Source of the DNA: Candidatus Saccharimonadales bacterium
Lineage (GTDB): Bacteria; Patescibacteriota; Saccharimonadia; Saccharimonadales; UBA10212
Assembly: GCA_049521895.1 (NCBI GenBank)
Contig: JBEKOJ010000001.1
Location: 34,717 to 98,716, forward strand
DNA: 64,000 nt
Reading direction: 5' to 3'
Shown here: positions 7,574 through 16,882 of the stretch, piece after piece
How the letters are laid out: each line of letters opens with the position of its first letter
Numbering within the stretch: the stretch's first letter is position 1
The notes under the pieces: generated by a model
What the model saw: only the letters and a program-made list of their open reading frames with translations
What the model was told of the DNA's origin: nothing
Databases searched by the model: none
Position numbers and translations under genes: made by a program

Positions 7574-9193
7574 ATGGCAGCAAAAGCCAAGGCAGATACT
7601 AAATATATATTCGTAACCGGCGGTGTATTATCTGGTGTTGGTAAAGGTATAACCGCTGCTTCTATTGGCACCATCTTAAAAGCCCGCGGGCTGTCAGTAA
7701 ACATTCAAAAGTGTGATCCATATCTGAATGTTGACGCTGGTACGCTCAACCCGGCCGAACACGGTGAATGCTTTGTCACTCGTGATGGAGCCGAAACCGA
7801 CTTGGACGTAGGCCACTACGAGCGCTTTTTAGACATGGAACTGACCAGTCGCAGTAGTCTAATGAGCGGCCGAATCCTTAGGGAAGTTATTGATGACGAG
7901 CGCGCTGGCAAATATCTAGGTAAAACGGTGCAAATTATTCCGCATGTCACCGATCACATACAACAAGCTATAAAAACTACCGCCAAGGGTTTCGACGTAC
8001 ACATAGTAGAAATTGGTGGTACGGTTGGTGACATCGAGGGTTTGAATTTTATCGAGGCAATCCGTGAAATGGGCCAAAATCTAGGCCCCGATAAAGTGAT
8101 CTTTGTACACGTCGTTTACGTGCCATATCTTGGTACCAGCCAGGAATTCAAGACCAAACCGGCACAGAACTCGGTGCGTGAACTGCGTGGTATTGGTATC
8201 GTACCTGATGTACTGGTTGTGCGCAGCGAACAAAAACCGCCCAAAAGCATTCTCAATAAGCTGAGCATGTTCAGTGGCGTGGACAAAGAAGCCATTGCGC
8301 TACTGCCCAATGCCACCACGATTTATGAAGTTCCACTGGCACTCGAAGCTGCCGGGATCGCCAAATTTATTACAGGTCGCTTGCGACTTAGAACTGACCG
8401 ACCAGACTTGGCGACATGGCGGAGCGTTGTCAAAAGCGCTCTAAGCAAATACCGCAAGACTATTCGCATCGGCATTATCGCCAAGTACGTCGATAACCAA
8501 GATACGTATATGTGTGTGTTTGAAGCGCTACGGGCAGCGGCTTGGGCCAACGAAGTCAATGTTGATATTGTTTGGGTCAATGCCGAAGCTTTAGAAAAAG
8601 ATAAAAAAGAACACGAAATACTACCCACCTTAGATGGTATTATCGTTCCCGGTGGTTTCGGCGTACGTGGTTTGGAAGGCAAAATTATCGCCGCCCGCTA
8701 TAGTCTTGATAATAGGGTTCCATTTTTGGGCCTGTGCCTGGGGCTGCAAATGGGTGTAATTGCCGCCGCCCGTAGAGCTGGTGTAAACGATGCCACTACG
8801 GTAGAACTTGACCCTAAAAGTCCTCGTAGGGTTATCGATTACATGGCTGACCAACGCGATAAGAAAAATACCGGTGGCACTATGCGCCTGGGTGACTACC
8901 CAACAGTGTTAATACGTGGCAGCAAAGCCCGCAAAGCTTATGGCCAGGAAAAAATAGTCGAGCGCCACCGCCACCGCTGCGAATGTAATAATGAATACCG
9001 CGACCAATATGGAAACTGGGGAATTACGGCCAGCGGCCTAAGCCCGGACGGCCACTTAGTAGAAGTTATAGAAGCCCAAAATCATCCGTATTTTCTAGCT
9101 ACTCAGGCACATCCGGAATTCCGCTCACGCCCCAACCGGCCACACCCCTTGTTTGTAGGCTTGGTCGAGGCGATCCTCGCTAAGACCCGCTAG
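7574..9193 (+). CDS. pyrG: CTP synthase
   Basis: N-terminal KYIFVTGGVLSGVGKG and a GATase domain (GLCLGLQ, HRHRCE). ATG at 7574 follows an AAGGAGAGG SD. Confidence 0.95.
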   Translation: MAAKAKADTKYIFVTGGVLSGVGKGITAASIGTILKARGLSVNIQKCDPYLNVDAGTLNPAEHGECFVTRDGAETDLDVGHYERFLDMELTSRSSLMSGRILREVIDDERAGKYLGKTVQIIPHVTDHIQQAIKTTAKGFDVHIVEIGGTVGDIEGLNFIEAIREMGQNLGPDKVIFVHVVYVPYLGTSQEFKTKPAQNSVRELRGIGIVPDVLVVRSEQKPPKSILNKLSMFSGVDKEAIALLPNATTIYEVPLALEAAGIAKFITGRLRLRTDRPDLATWRSVVKSALSKYRKTIRIGIIAKYVDNQDTYMCVFEALRAAAWANEVNVDIVWVNAEALEKDKKEHEILPTLDGIIVPGGFGVRGLEGKIIAARYSLDNRVPFLGLCLGLQMGVIAAARRAGVNDATTVELDPKSPRRVIDYMADQRDKKNTGGTMRLGDYPTVLIRGSKARKAYGQEKIVERHRHRCECNNEYRDQYGNWGITASGLSPDGHLVEVIEAQNHPYFLATQAHPEFRSRPNRPHPLFVGLVEAILAKTR

Positions 9194-9217
9194 ATCAACT
9201 AGCTTAAGTAGGACGTC

Positions 9218-9490
9218 TTATTCGACAGTAACTTCAGTCCGTGAAGCGGACCTGCCGGAAAAGAGCTTGACTTGTCGCTTGGTGAATTTGACAGTGCCAT
9301 CTTTAGCAGCGTGAATCGTGTAATTACGCGCCAAGAAAGTGCCGGGTCCCGGACGTTTGGTCATTCCGACCTGACGCACTAAAACATCTCCAGTTTTAAC
9401 TTGGGCGCCGCCCGATACTTTTACACCCAAGCGTTGGCCTGGGCTGTCGTGCACATTCTGGCTGGTACCGCCAGCTTTAGTTTTACTCAT
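9218..9490 (-). CDS. rpmA: 50S ribosomal protein L27
   Basis: Sequence MSKTKAGGTSQNVHDSPGQRLGVKVSGG...; 90 aa. Start overlaps the upstream stop (TAATG). Confidence 0.95.
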   Translation of the reverse strand: MSKTKAGGTSQNVHDSPGQRLGVKVSGGAQVKTGDVLVRQVGMTKRPGPGTFLARNYTIHAAKDGTVKFTKRQVKLFSGRSASRTEVTVE

Positions 9491-11004
9491 TATCTCTTCG
9501 CTATTATAATTAATTGGCGTGCTACGACTTGGTCTTCGCGGTAGTACAAAAGCTCGTCTCTTGGCACGTGTTTTAGATCCAGGTAATTGTAACCCATATC
9601 TGTTAATTTATCAAGCACAGGCAGGTAGATAAACCCGCCGTCCGGTTTCTTCCAGGCCGGCACTGCCAGACACATTTTCTGACCCGGTTTCGTCTGCGCT
9701 CCTATGTTAAGCAGAAATTTTTTAGTGATAGTATTCACGTCATTAATTATTAGCTGTAGTTTTTCGCGTGGCGGTAGGTTGTTAAGCGGACGTCCCAAGT
9801 AAATCTCACTGGCAACGACGCTAAAACGCGGCCAAGTAGTATTAGTTGCATCGGCTATCTCCACCGAAACCTGAACCTCGATTTGGGGGTTTTGTTTAAC
9901 CAGCCACGCCAAGTTTTCTTTGGTGTATTCAACCATTCGCGAGTCAATATCGCTACCCAGAACGTGATAACCCATCAGCGCGGCCTCCTGCAAAATCACC
10001 CCCGTGCCGCAAAACGGATCCAGCACACGAATACGCGACGCACCGACCTGCTGGCTGGCTGAACCAGCCACTCTGTCGGTGCTTTTGGCGGATCGCTGTG
10101 TTGACAACTGCGCTGCTCGCTCACCGTATTGGTTATACGGCTTGCTTCGCTGCTCGTTGTCGCCTGGCGCTCCATCCAAACGCGCATCGTGTAAAACTTT
10201 TCTTTCGATGGGACCGACCGCTAGGTTGATGATTATTTGGGCGAGCTTGGGCGGTAGCATGCCTACGCGGGCGTCACGCCGCGGTCGGGCTTGGTCGCGG
10301 GCACCGTAGGCTTCGATATCCTGTACAAAAAAAGTTTGGGCCAAAATAGTCTCCTGGCCGTTTTTGACGAGCAGTAGCTCCCATGCACCCTTGCTGGTCA
10401 GCTTATTGTGCAGCACTTGGGCGCTGTTTAAAGCCGCCGACTTATTAGGAACTACACGCATTGGCCTGTCGCTGGCCCTTTTGATGCTTATACCTAACTT
10501 GTTGATTTCAGCGGCTGGCACCGCCAACCCATAAAAGCTCAGTCCTAGCGTAAATTTACCCGGTAGTAGACTTTCGCGTTGTCCGCCATAGGCGGGCCTA
10601 GCTTCCCGGCCACTTGGCCGAGAAGGTCGCGAAAGCTCACTACCGGGCTTACCTGGCGGCACGTGCGTCAGATGTTTAGGCACGTTATCTAGCAGGTATT
10701 TTTTAATATCCTTCCAGTCAGTGCTGGGCAGGGTAGCCAAAACCTGGGCAACCTTTATCGAACCGCCAAGTCGCTTGAAATTAATCTCGCCGGCGTCAAT
10801 ATCCAGTAACGCCGCTTGCCCCGTGGAATGCAAAGCAGATTCCACTGGGGCGCCACGGACTGGCTGCACCCCGATGGAATGGTCGCCTGCGGCGAATCCC
10901 ACGGGGTAAACGTGCTCGGCGCCGTATAGGCTTTCCAGTTCCGCCAAACCCAAAGCGGGCTGTCGTCCTAGAATGCACAAACTCTTCAGTTTAAACTCTG
11001 CCAT
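9490..11004 (-). CDS. putative RNA (guanine-N2-type, UPF0020/Trm11-like) SAM methyltransferase with low-complexity insertions
   Basis: Sequence MLPPKLAQIIINLA ... VLDPFCGTGVILQEAALMG ... GSDID. Two Pro/Ser/Arg/Gln-rich inserts. Confidence 0.55.
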   Translation of the reverse strand: MAEFKLKSLCILGRQPALGLAELESLYGAEHVYPVGFAAGDHSIGVQPVRGAPVESALHSTGQAALLDIDAGEINFKRLGGSIKVAQVLATLPSTDWKDIKKYLLDNVPKHLTHVPPGKPGSELSRPSRPSGREARPAYGGQRESLLPGKFTLGLSFYGLAVPAAEINKLGISIKRASDRPMRVVPNKSAALNSAQVLHNKLTSKGAWELLLVKNGQETILAQTFFVQDIEAYGARDQARPRRDARVGMLPPKLAQIIINLAVGPIERKVLHDARLDGAPGDNEQRSKPYNQYGERAAQLSTQRSAKSTDRVAGSASQQVGASRIRVLDPFCGTGVILQEAALMGYHVLGSDIDSRMVEYTKENLAWLVKQNPQIEVQVSVEIADATNTTWPRFSVVASEIYLGRPLNNLPPREKLQLIINDVNTITKKFLLNIGAQTKPGQKMCLAVPAWKKPDGGFIYLPVLDKLTDMGYNYLDLKHVPRDELLYYREDQVVARQLIIIAKR

Positions 11005-11030
11005 AAATCTAGTATAGCGTCTATAATAGT

Positions 11031-12095
11031 TTGGTAAGTTATTTTATGAACGAAAATCGTCCGCTTAAAAGATCGCGAGTCAGGCTATTCTTAACCGTAG
11101 CTGCGTTCGTGGCTTTGGGTGCTTTGATCTACGGACTGCGCAAAGACATCGGCGGAGTCGTCGAAAACCTTGGTAAGGTTAACGCCTTCGCCCTGCTGCT
11201 AATGATTCCGATCGAACTGCTGAACTACGACGTCTATGCCCGTTTTTTGCGCAATGTCTTTAACACATTGGGTGAAAAAGTCGCCTACTGGCCGATGTTT
11301 CGGCTGACCTTAGAGCTGAACTTCGTTAACCATATCCTGCCCAGCGGCGGCGTCAGCGGTATCGGTTACTTTAATGTTCGTATGCGTAGCGAGAATGTCA
11401 GTGGTGCCAAGTCTTCGCTAACTCAAGTCCTAAAACTATTTTTGCTTTACGCCAGCTTTCAACCGCTGCTAATCCTGGGCGTATTGTTGTTAGCAGCGCG
11501 CGGCCACGTTAATGATTTGGTGATGGTTGTGGCCAGCTCCCTCATAACGTTGCTGGTGGTCGGTACTTTCATCGGCATCTACATTATCGAAAGCCGCCAG
11601 CGCATCAATAGTTTTCTGACTTATGTCACTAAGGCACTTAATTCCACGCTCCATTTATTTAGGCGCAAAAGTCCGGAAACTATCAATATAGAAGATGCCC
11701 AGAAGACTTTTAACGAGCTGCACGAAAATTATGAGCTGATAAAAAAGAAATGGCGCGAGCTTAAAAAACCCTTCCTTTATATGATGATGGCCAATATTAC
11801 CGAGGTTGCCGCCGTCTATGTGGTCTATATCGCTTTTGGCCGCTTAGTCAATGTAGGCGCGGTAATTTTGGCCTATGCCGTGGCCAACTTTGCCGGCCTG
11901 ATCTCGGTACTGCCGGCTGGTATCGGTATTTACGAAGGCTTAATGACGGCGGTACTGGTGGCTACCGGCATCCCGGCAGAGCTCAGCATTCCGGTCACCA
12001 TTATGTACCGTGTACTTAACATGACGCTGCAACTGACACCAGGCTATTACTTCTACCAAAAGGCTGTTAAACAAGGACTGGGCTCTAAGATCTAG
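11031..12095 (+). CDS. polytopic membrane protein (UPF0104 / LPG-synthase-TM 'flippase-like' family); start may be ATG 11046
   Basis: About 8 predicted TM helices, 354 aa. Family assignment is from overall topology and length only. Confidence 0.45.
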   Translation: MVSYFMNENRPLKRSRVRLFLTVAAFVALGALIYGLRKDIGGVVENLGKVNAFALLLMIPIELLNYDVYARFLRNVFNTLGEKVAYWPMFRLTLELNFVNHILPSGGVSGIGYFNVRMRSENVSGAKSSLTQVLKLFLLYASFQPLLILGVLLLAARGHVNDLVMVVASSLITLLVVGTFIGIYIIESRQRINSFLTYVTKALNSTLHLFRRKSPETINIEDAQKTFNELHENYELIKKKWRELKKPFLYMMMANITEVAAVYVVYIAFGRLVNVGAVILAYAVANFAGLISVLPAGIGIYEGLMTAVLVATGIPAELSIPVTIMYRVLNMTLQLTPGYYFYQKAVKQGLGSKI

Positions 12096-12100
12096 TTTTA

Positions 12101-13243
12101 ATGCAAGACGTGATTTTAACGCCTAGCGATTTTGTCGCACTACTCAATCAAACTCTGGAATTCGCTTATCCGGCTGTAAGCATAGAGGGCGAGTTAAGTA
12201 ATTTCCGAATCAGTAAGAACCGTTGGGTCTACTTTGATCTAAAAGACGAGCAAGCCAGTGTGCCGTTCTTCGGCACCGTCTATATGTTGCCTGGGCCGCT
12301 GCAGGACGGCCTGATGGTCCGGGCGGTAGGTTCGCCGCGCCTACACGCGCGCTTTGGCTTTACACTTAATTTACAGTCGCTAGTGCCGGTAGGGGAAGGG
12401 GCGCTCAAAAAGGCCGCCGAGTTGCTGCGGGCCAAGCTCACAGCCGAGGGCTTGTTTGCACCCGAGCGCAAAAGGTTTTTGCCACCAATACCCGAACGGG
12501 TGGGGCTGGTCACGGCTGCCAACTCGGCGGCTTATGCCGACTTCGTTAAGATTTTAAACGAACGTTGGAGCGGCGTGGAGGTGTTGCTAAGTGATGTTTA
12601 CGTGCAAGGCGACCAAGCGCCGGGGCAAATCGTTGAAGCTATCGAAATGCTTAACAGGCTAAGTAATTTGCCAGAGGTAATTGTTATAACTAGGGGCGGC
12701 GGCAGTGCCGAAGATTTGGCCGCCTTTAACGACGAACGGGTAGTGCGGGCAGTGGCTGCCAGTAGGGTGCCGACGCTGGTGGCGGTCGGGCACGAAGTAG
12801 ATTTCAGCTTGGCCGAGCTGGCTGCCGATGTGCGGGCCAGCACGCCCAGCAACGCCGCCCAACTACTTGTGCCCGACCGCGCAGCCGAGTTAGCTCACTT
12901 GGACGCTAAGCGCCAAACACTCAAGCGGGATTTAGCCTCGGCCTACGACGGGGCTGTAATGGAGTTGGTCAACCGGCGCGATGCGCTAGTCTCGCAGATA
13001 ACCAATGTCCTAAACGCCCAGTCCCAACAGCTGCAGAGTCTGCGCCGCTTGATCAAACTGTTTGACCCCCAAGCAGCCCTCAAGCGCGGCTACGCCATTA
13101 TACGTAAAGGTTCAAAAATCGTTAGCTCTATCGATCAAGTCAAAATCGGCGACCACCTGAACTTACAAGTTCAAGATGGTACAATAAGCGCAAAAGCGCT
13201 AACTAAGAGTCCTAAGCTAAGAGCTGAGAGCTCTAGGCTCTAA
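12101..13243 (+). CDS. xseA: exodeoxyribonuclease VII large subunit
   Basis: OB-fold N-terminus, catalytic core VIVITRGGGSAEDLAAFNDE and PTLVAVGHEVDFSLAE. Followed by xseB. Confidence 0.85.
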   Translation: MQDVILTPSDFVALLNQTLEFAYPAVSIEGELSNFRISKNRWVYFDLKDEQASVPFFGTVYMLPGPLQDGLMVRAVGSPRLHARFGFTLNLQSLVPVGEGALKKAAELLRAKLTAEGLFAPERKRFLPPIPERVGLVTAANSAAYADFVKILNERWSGVEVLLSDVYVQGDQAPGQIVEAIEMLNRLSNLPEVIVITRGGGSAEDLAAFNDERVVRAVAASRVPTLVAVGHEVDFSLAELAADVRASTPSNAAQLLVPDRAAELAHLDAKRQTLKRDLASAYDGAVMELVNRRDALVSQITNVLNAQSQQLQSLRRLIKLFDPQAALKRGYAIIRKGSKIVSSIDQVKIGDHLNLQVQDGTISAKALTKSPKLRAESSRL

Positions 13244-13268
13244 GCTTGAGCGACTGAAGGGAGCGAGT

Positions 13269-13466
13269 ATGGCTAAAAAACCAACCGGCAGCAAAACCTA
13301 CGCCCAGCTATCAGCTGAGTTGAGTGAAATCATGGACTGGTTTGAAGGCGGGGAGGTGGACCTAGACGAAGCCCTGGCCAAGTATCAGCAGGCCGCCAAA
13401 CTCATTGAACAGATGGAAAAGCACCTAAAAACTGCCGCCAACAAGATTAAAAAACTAAACGCATAA
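13269..13466 (+). CDS. xseB: exodeoxyribonuclease VII small subunit
   Basis: 65-aa helical protein (LSEIMDWFEGGEVDLDEALAKYQQAAKL) immediately after xseA. Confidence 0.8.
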   Translation: MAKKPTGSKTYAQLSAELSEIMDWFEGGEVDLDEALAKYQQAAKLIEQMEKHLKTAANKIKKLNA

Positions 13467-13997
13467 ATGCATTGGCTGTACGATTTTTTCTGGGTGGTGT
13501 GGGTCTTAGCGCTTCTACTGATAATTGCCTACGGGGCGGTGATAGCTTTTGGCGCGCCGTTTCTGCCCACCCTTAGAAAAACCCGAGCAGAGGCCATCAA
13601 GCTTATCAATCTTAAAGAAGGGCAGCTACTGGTGGATCTGGGCTCTGGTGACGGCAGCGTACTTAGTAAAGCCGCCGCCAGTGGACTGCGAGCTGTGGGC
13701 TATGAACTCAACCCGTTTTTATTTATCTATTCCTGGATAGTCACGCGCCGCTACGGGCGTAGAGTCAAAGTGGTCCTTGGCAATTTTTGGCACGCCGACA
13801 TCTCCGAAGCCGACGGCATTTTTGTATTTCTAATCGGCCATTATATGGAAAAGCTTGATAAATTTATTACCGGCCAGCCGCACAAGAAACTAAAGGTTGT
13901 CAGCCATGGCTTCGAAATCCCCAGCCGCACGCCCATCAAAAAACAGGGCGCGCTGTTTTTGTACGAGTACCCAGCCTCAAGGCAACGGCGCGAGTAA
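13467..13997 (+). CDS. membrane-anchored class I SAM-dependent methyltransferase
   Basis: N-terminal TM and motif I LVDLGSGDGSVL. 176 aa. Confidence 0.55.
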   Translation: MHWLYDFFWVVWVLALLLIIAYGAVIAFGAPFLPTLRKTRAEAIKLINLKEGQLLVDLGSGDGSVLSKAAASGLRAVGYELNPFLFIYSWIVTRRYGRRVKVVLGNFWHADISEADGIFVFLIGHYMEKLDKFITGQPHKKLKVVSHGFEIPSRTPIKKQGALFLYEYPASRQRRE

Positions 13998-14726
13998 GCA
14001 AAACCAAACAATAGTACCAGCGTGGCCGGATCGGATGTTCTTAACGGATACCCGGTCGCTTATTTTTGCCACAGCTTCAGCCAGCCTTTTTTGGTAGGGG
14101 GTGCGGATTACATCGTCCTTAAGAGCCACATACAATTTGACAGGTTTAAGTGCGAAATTTTTAAGGTTGTTTTTAGGCGCTAAATCCAGCCAGTCCTTGT
14201 CCAAGCGTCGTATGCCAATTTGCTCCTTCTCAAAACCACGTCTAAGATCTTGTGTCAGAATCCCATGCCACATGTCCCAGGCCAAGTCATCTCCAGCAAC
14301 TACCAAGGTTGCACTGTCAAAGCCGGGGAACTCTTTACAAACCATAGCCAGCGGAACATTCCCCAGACTGATGCCTATAAGATGGATTTTTTCGTACGAG
14401 TTAGTACTTCTGAACCCTTGGAGTTCTTTGGCAACCTGCTTTTGAATTTGCTTAAAAGATTTTATTACGGTTGCGTCGTCAGCTTCTATAATTGAATCGT
14501 GAAATTTATAATCCAATACAGCCCAGCCTCTTTTGGTAAGTCGTTTTGCCAGCTTGTCATACAAAAAACCGCTACCTCCGTGCCAGCCGGGGAATATTAC
14601 AGCGAGATTTTTGGATGATGGGTTAATAATGTTACCGCTGACGACCGCTGCCTCGGGTATGTAAGCCGGGTTATAGACTGGCCTTTCCTGGAAGCCAAAA
14701 TAATAGGATAGAAGCTTATCAATCAT
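13977..14726 (-). CDS. alpha/beta-fold hydrolase
   Basis: Nucleophile elbow GISLG, HGG oxyanion-type motif (PGWHGGSG). 249 aa. TATTAT sits 8 nt upstream of the ATG. Confidence 0.5.
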   Translation of the reverse strand: MIDKLLSYYFGFQERPVYNPAYIPEAAVVSGNIINPSSKNLAVIFPGWHGGSGFLYDKLAKRLTKRGWAVLDYKFHDSIIEADDATVIKSFKQIQKQVAKELQGFRSTNSYEKIHLIGISLGNVPLAMVCKEFPGFDSATLVVAGDDLAWDMWHGILTQDLRRGFEKEQIGIRRLDKDWLDLAPKNNLKNFALKPVKLYVALKDDVIRTPYQKRLAEAVAKISDRVSVKNIRSGHAGTIVWFCLLAPLP

Positions 14727-14800
14727 CCATTAGGATAATACAACAAACTCTCGCACTCTTGCTAAAGGAGGCCATTCTGCATTAACATAAGCATAGTATG

Positions 14801-14956
14801 CCCGGTAGTAGACTTTCGAGTCAGCTCGTCGTCCCCGTAGGATTTTATTCGGCGTCTGGGCTTTATTTAGGGTACAGACTTATGTATAAAGAAGACGATA
14901 TTAGCGAGCTGGAGGTTACAAGCCATGTCGAATAATCTCGAAAGCTCACTACCGGG
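14801..14956. mobile_element. MITE copy B (~156 bp), 4-bp target duplication TATG
   Basis: TIRs are cccggtagtagactttcgag and ctcgaaagctcactaccggg. TATG is present on both flanks (14797-14800 and 14957-14960). Confidence 0.7.
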
Positions 14957-14957
14957 T

Positions 14958-15635
14958 ATGAAACGAACCGAGAGTGGGTCGGCCGCCACAATTCTGATTA
15001 TTGTAGTTCTGGCTGTCTTGGCAGTCGGGGCAGCAGTTTTTGGCGTTTGGGCATACAGTGGCAGGCAAGACTATAAGAATAATTCCGATAAGAAAACCGC
15101 TGCCGCCGTGGCTGCCGCCGAAGCTAGCCAAAAAACCCAGCTGCAGACCCAGTTTGACCAAGAAATCAAACAGCCCTATAAAACTTTTACCGGTTCTTCT
15201 ACTTATGGCTTGATCACCTTCAATTATCCCAATACCTGGAGTTCATACGTTGACCAAACCAACTCCAGTGAACCGATTAACGGCTACTTTAACCCCGGTG
15301 ATGTCCCCGGTACCAGTAGCAACAGCGCCTTTGCCTTGCGCCTGGAGCTGACTAGCAATGCTTATAATGACGTTATAGGACAGTTTAGCTCACAGGTTAC
15401 CGGAGGAACGGTTACCGCTACGGCATACGTGCCGCCTAAGATGAAGGGCGTCGCCAATGCCCAAACCGGTACTTTACTAACCGGGACTATCAGCCAGAAC
15501 AACAGTGGTTCTTTGCAAGGCGAGATGCTCGTCATTCCGGTGCGCGATAAGACGCTGCAGCTCTACACGCTGTCTAACGACTACTTAAGCGACTTTAATA
15601 ATATCGTGTTAGCCAACCTCAAATTTGTACCATAA
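14958..15635 (+). CDS. membrane-anchored secreted hypothetical protein (track start 14925 lies inside the MITE)
   Basis: N-terminal TM AATILIIVVLAVLAVGAAVFGVWAY. No recognisable domain. Confidence 0.5.
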   Translation: MKRTESGSAATILIIVVLAVLAVGAAVFGVWAYSGRQDYKNNSDKKTAAAVAAAEASQKTQLQTQFDQEIKQPYKTFTGSSTYGLITFNYPNTWSSYVDQTNSSEPINGYFNPGDVPGTSSNSAFALRLELTSNAYNDVIGQFSSQVTGGTVTATAYVPPKMKGVANAQTGTLLTGTISQNNSGSLQGEMLVIPVRDKTLQLYTLSNDYLSDFNNIVLANLKFVP

Positions 15636-15731
15636 GTTTATTCAAGTTAGCTGGCCGAAGATTGTAAATTGAACATTGTTATTTGCTGTTCTAACCAGTG
15701 CTGATGCTATACTTAGTTTAAGTGAATAGGC

Positions 15732-16496
15732 GTGGCCTATAGAGGGTTTGTGAGAAGACAGGCAATAGACGGCAATTCTGAGCAACTTGCGCAGCAAAGG
15801 GCACTTTTGGCAGCGCTAAGTGATGATTTAGCGTTACCGCTAATCCAAATAAAAACCGCCCTGGAGGTCCTGGAGCATGAACACTTTAATGAACCGTCCA
15901 CCAGGGAACAAGGCGCTAGCATGGCCCTAAGCGCATCATCCGGCCTGCAGTTGATAGAAGCTTACCACTTAGCGCTACAAGCCCAGGACGAGCAAACACT
16001 ACCGTTGGTACCGGTTTCTATGGCCGGCGTGCTGCAAGATGTGGCCCATCAGCTAACACCTTACGCCAAGCAATACGACACTGAACTCCAAGTAGACGTG
16101 ATGGGCAAACTAAGGCCGGTTTTGGCCCACCGGCCCAGCTTGATCGCCGCTCTGCAATGCCTCAGTGCCAGTATGATCAGGGCCCAGGCCGCCCAAACCA
16201 GACAAAAAACCCACCGCTTGCTGCTGGGCGCCCACCGCTCGCCAGATAATTCTATTGCCGCCGGAGTTTTTAGCACAGTTGACGGCCTAAGCGACCGCAC
16301 ACTACGCACCGCCAGATCACTGGCTGGCCGGGCCAGACAGCCCCTACCGGCCATACCAGCCGGCGCCGCCAGCGGCATTTTAATCGCCGACATGCTCTGC
16401 GCCGCTATGTGGCAGCCGCTGCGCTCAGCCGCGCACCGTAACTTGCACGGCCTGGCCACAGCGGTACCCATCAGCAAACAACTGCAATTTGTTTGA
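15732..16496 (+). CDS. degenerate histidine-kinase-like protein (phospho-acceptor His replaced, ATP-lid motifs eroded)
   Basis: H-box position reads LSDDLALPL instead of SHELRTPL. Weak N/G-box remnants (VDGLS, GAASGIL). Overlaps the receiver gene start (TGATG). Confidence 0.45.
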   Translation: MAYRGFVRRQAIDGNSEQLAQQRALLAALSDDLALPLIQIKTALEVLEHEHFNEPSTREQGASMALSASSGLQLIEAYHLALQAQDEQTLPLVPVSMAGVLQDVAHQLTPYAKQYDTELQVDVMGKLRPVLAHRPSLIAALQCLSASMIRAQAAQTRQKTHRLLLGAHRSPDNSIAAGVFSTVDGLSDRTLRTARSLAGRARQPLPAIPAGAASGILIADMLCAAMWQPLRSAAHRNLHGLATAVPISKQLQFV

Positions 16497-16882
16497 TGGC
16501 AAGAATCTTGCTTATAGAATCAGATAAAATCTTAGCCGGCAATCTTAAAAGTGTCCTTAAAAAGTCCGGCCGCCGTATAGATTGGCAGGTCAACCCGCAA
16601 ACTGCCATGGATTCTATAGACCGGCAAAAACCGGACTTGGTCATCCTGGATCTGTTACTAGCCGGCCGCGGCGGCGTGGAATTTTTATATGAATTGCGCA
16701 GCTACCCGGACTGGCAGAACTTGCCCATCGTGGTGTTTAGCAGCGTGTCGGACAGGGAGCTGGGGCGTTCTGCCAAGAACCTGCAGCAGCTAGGCATCAC
16801 GGCCTTTTATCACAAGTCAGACACTAGTTTGGCGGAGTTAGCGCGCAGCGTCGAGCAAATCCTGCAACCGACCCCGGCATGA
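16493..16882 (+). CDS. stand-alone response-regulator receiver domain
   Basis: 129 aa with ILLIESD ... DLVILDLLLAG ... PIVVFSS ... K. No output domain. Confidence 0.8.
   Translation: MMARILLIESDKILAGNLKSVLKKSGRRIDWQVNPQTAMDSIDRQKPDLVILDLLLAGRGGVEFLYELRSYPDWQNLPIVVFSSVSDRELGRSAKNLQQLGITAFYHKSDTSLAELARSVEQILQPTPA

Noticed and set aside
13205-13250. Palindromic AAGCT/GAGCTC-rich stretch at the xseA 3' end as another mobile-element insertion
   Set aside because: An imperfect hairpin is present, but I could not define TIRs, a target duplication or a second copy. It may simply be a terminator or attenuator before xseB.
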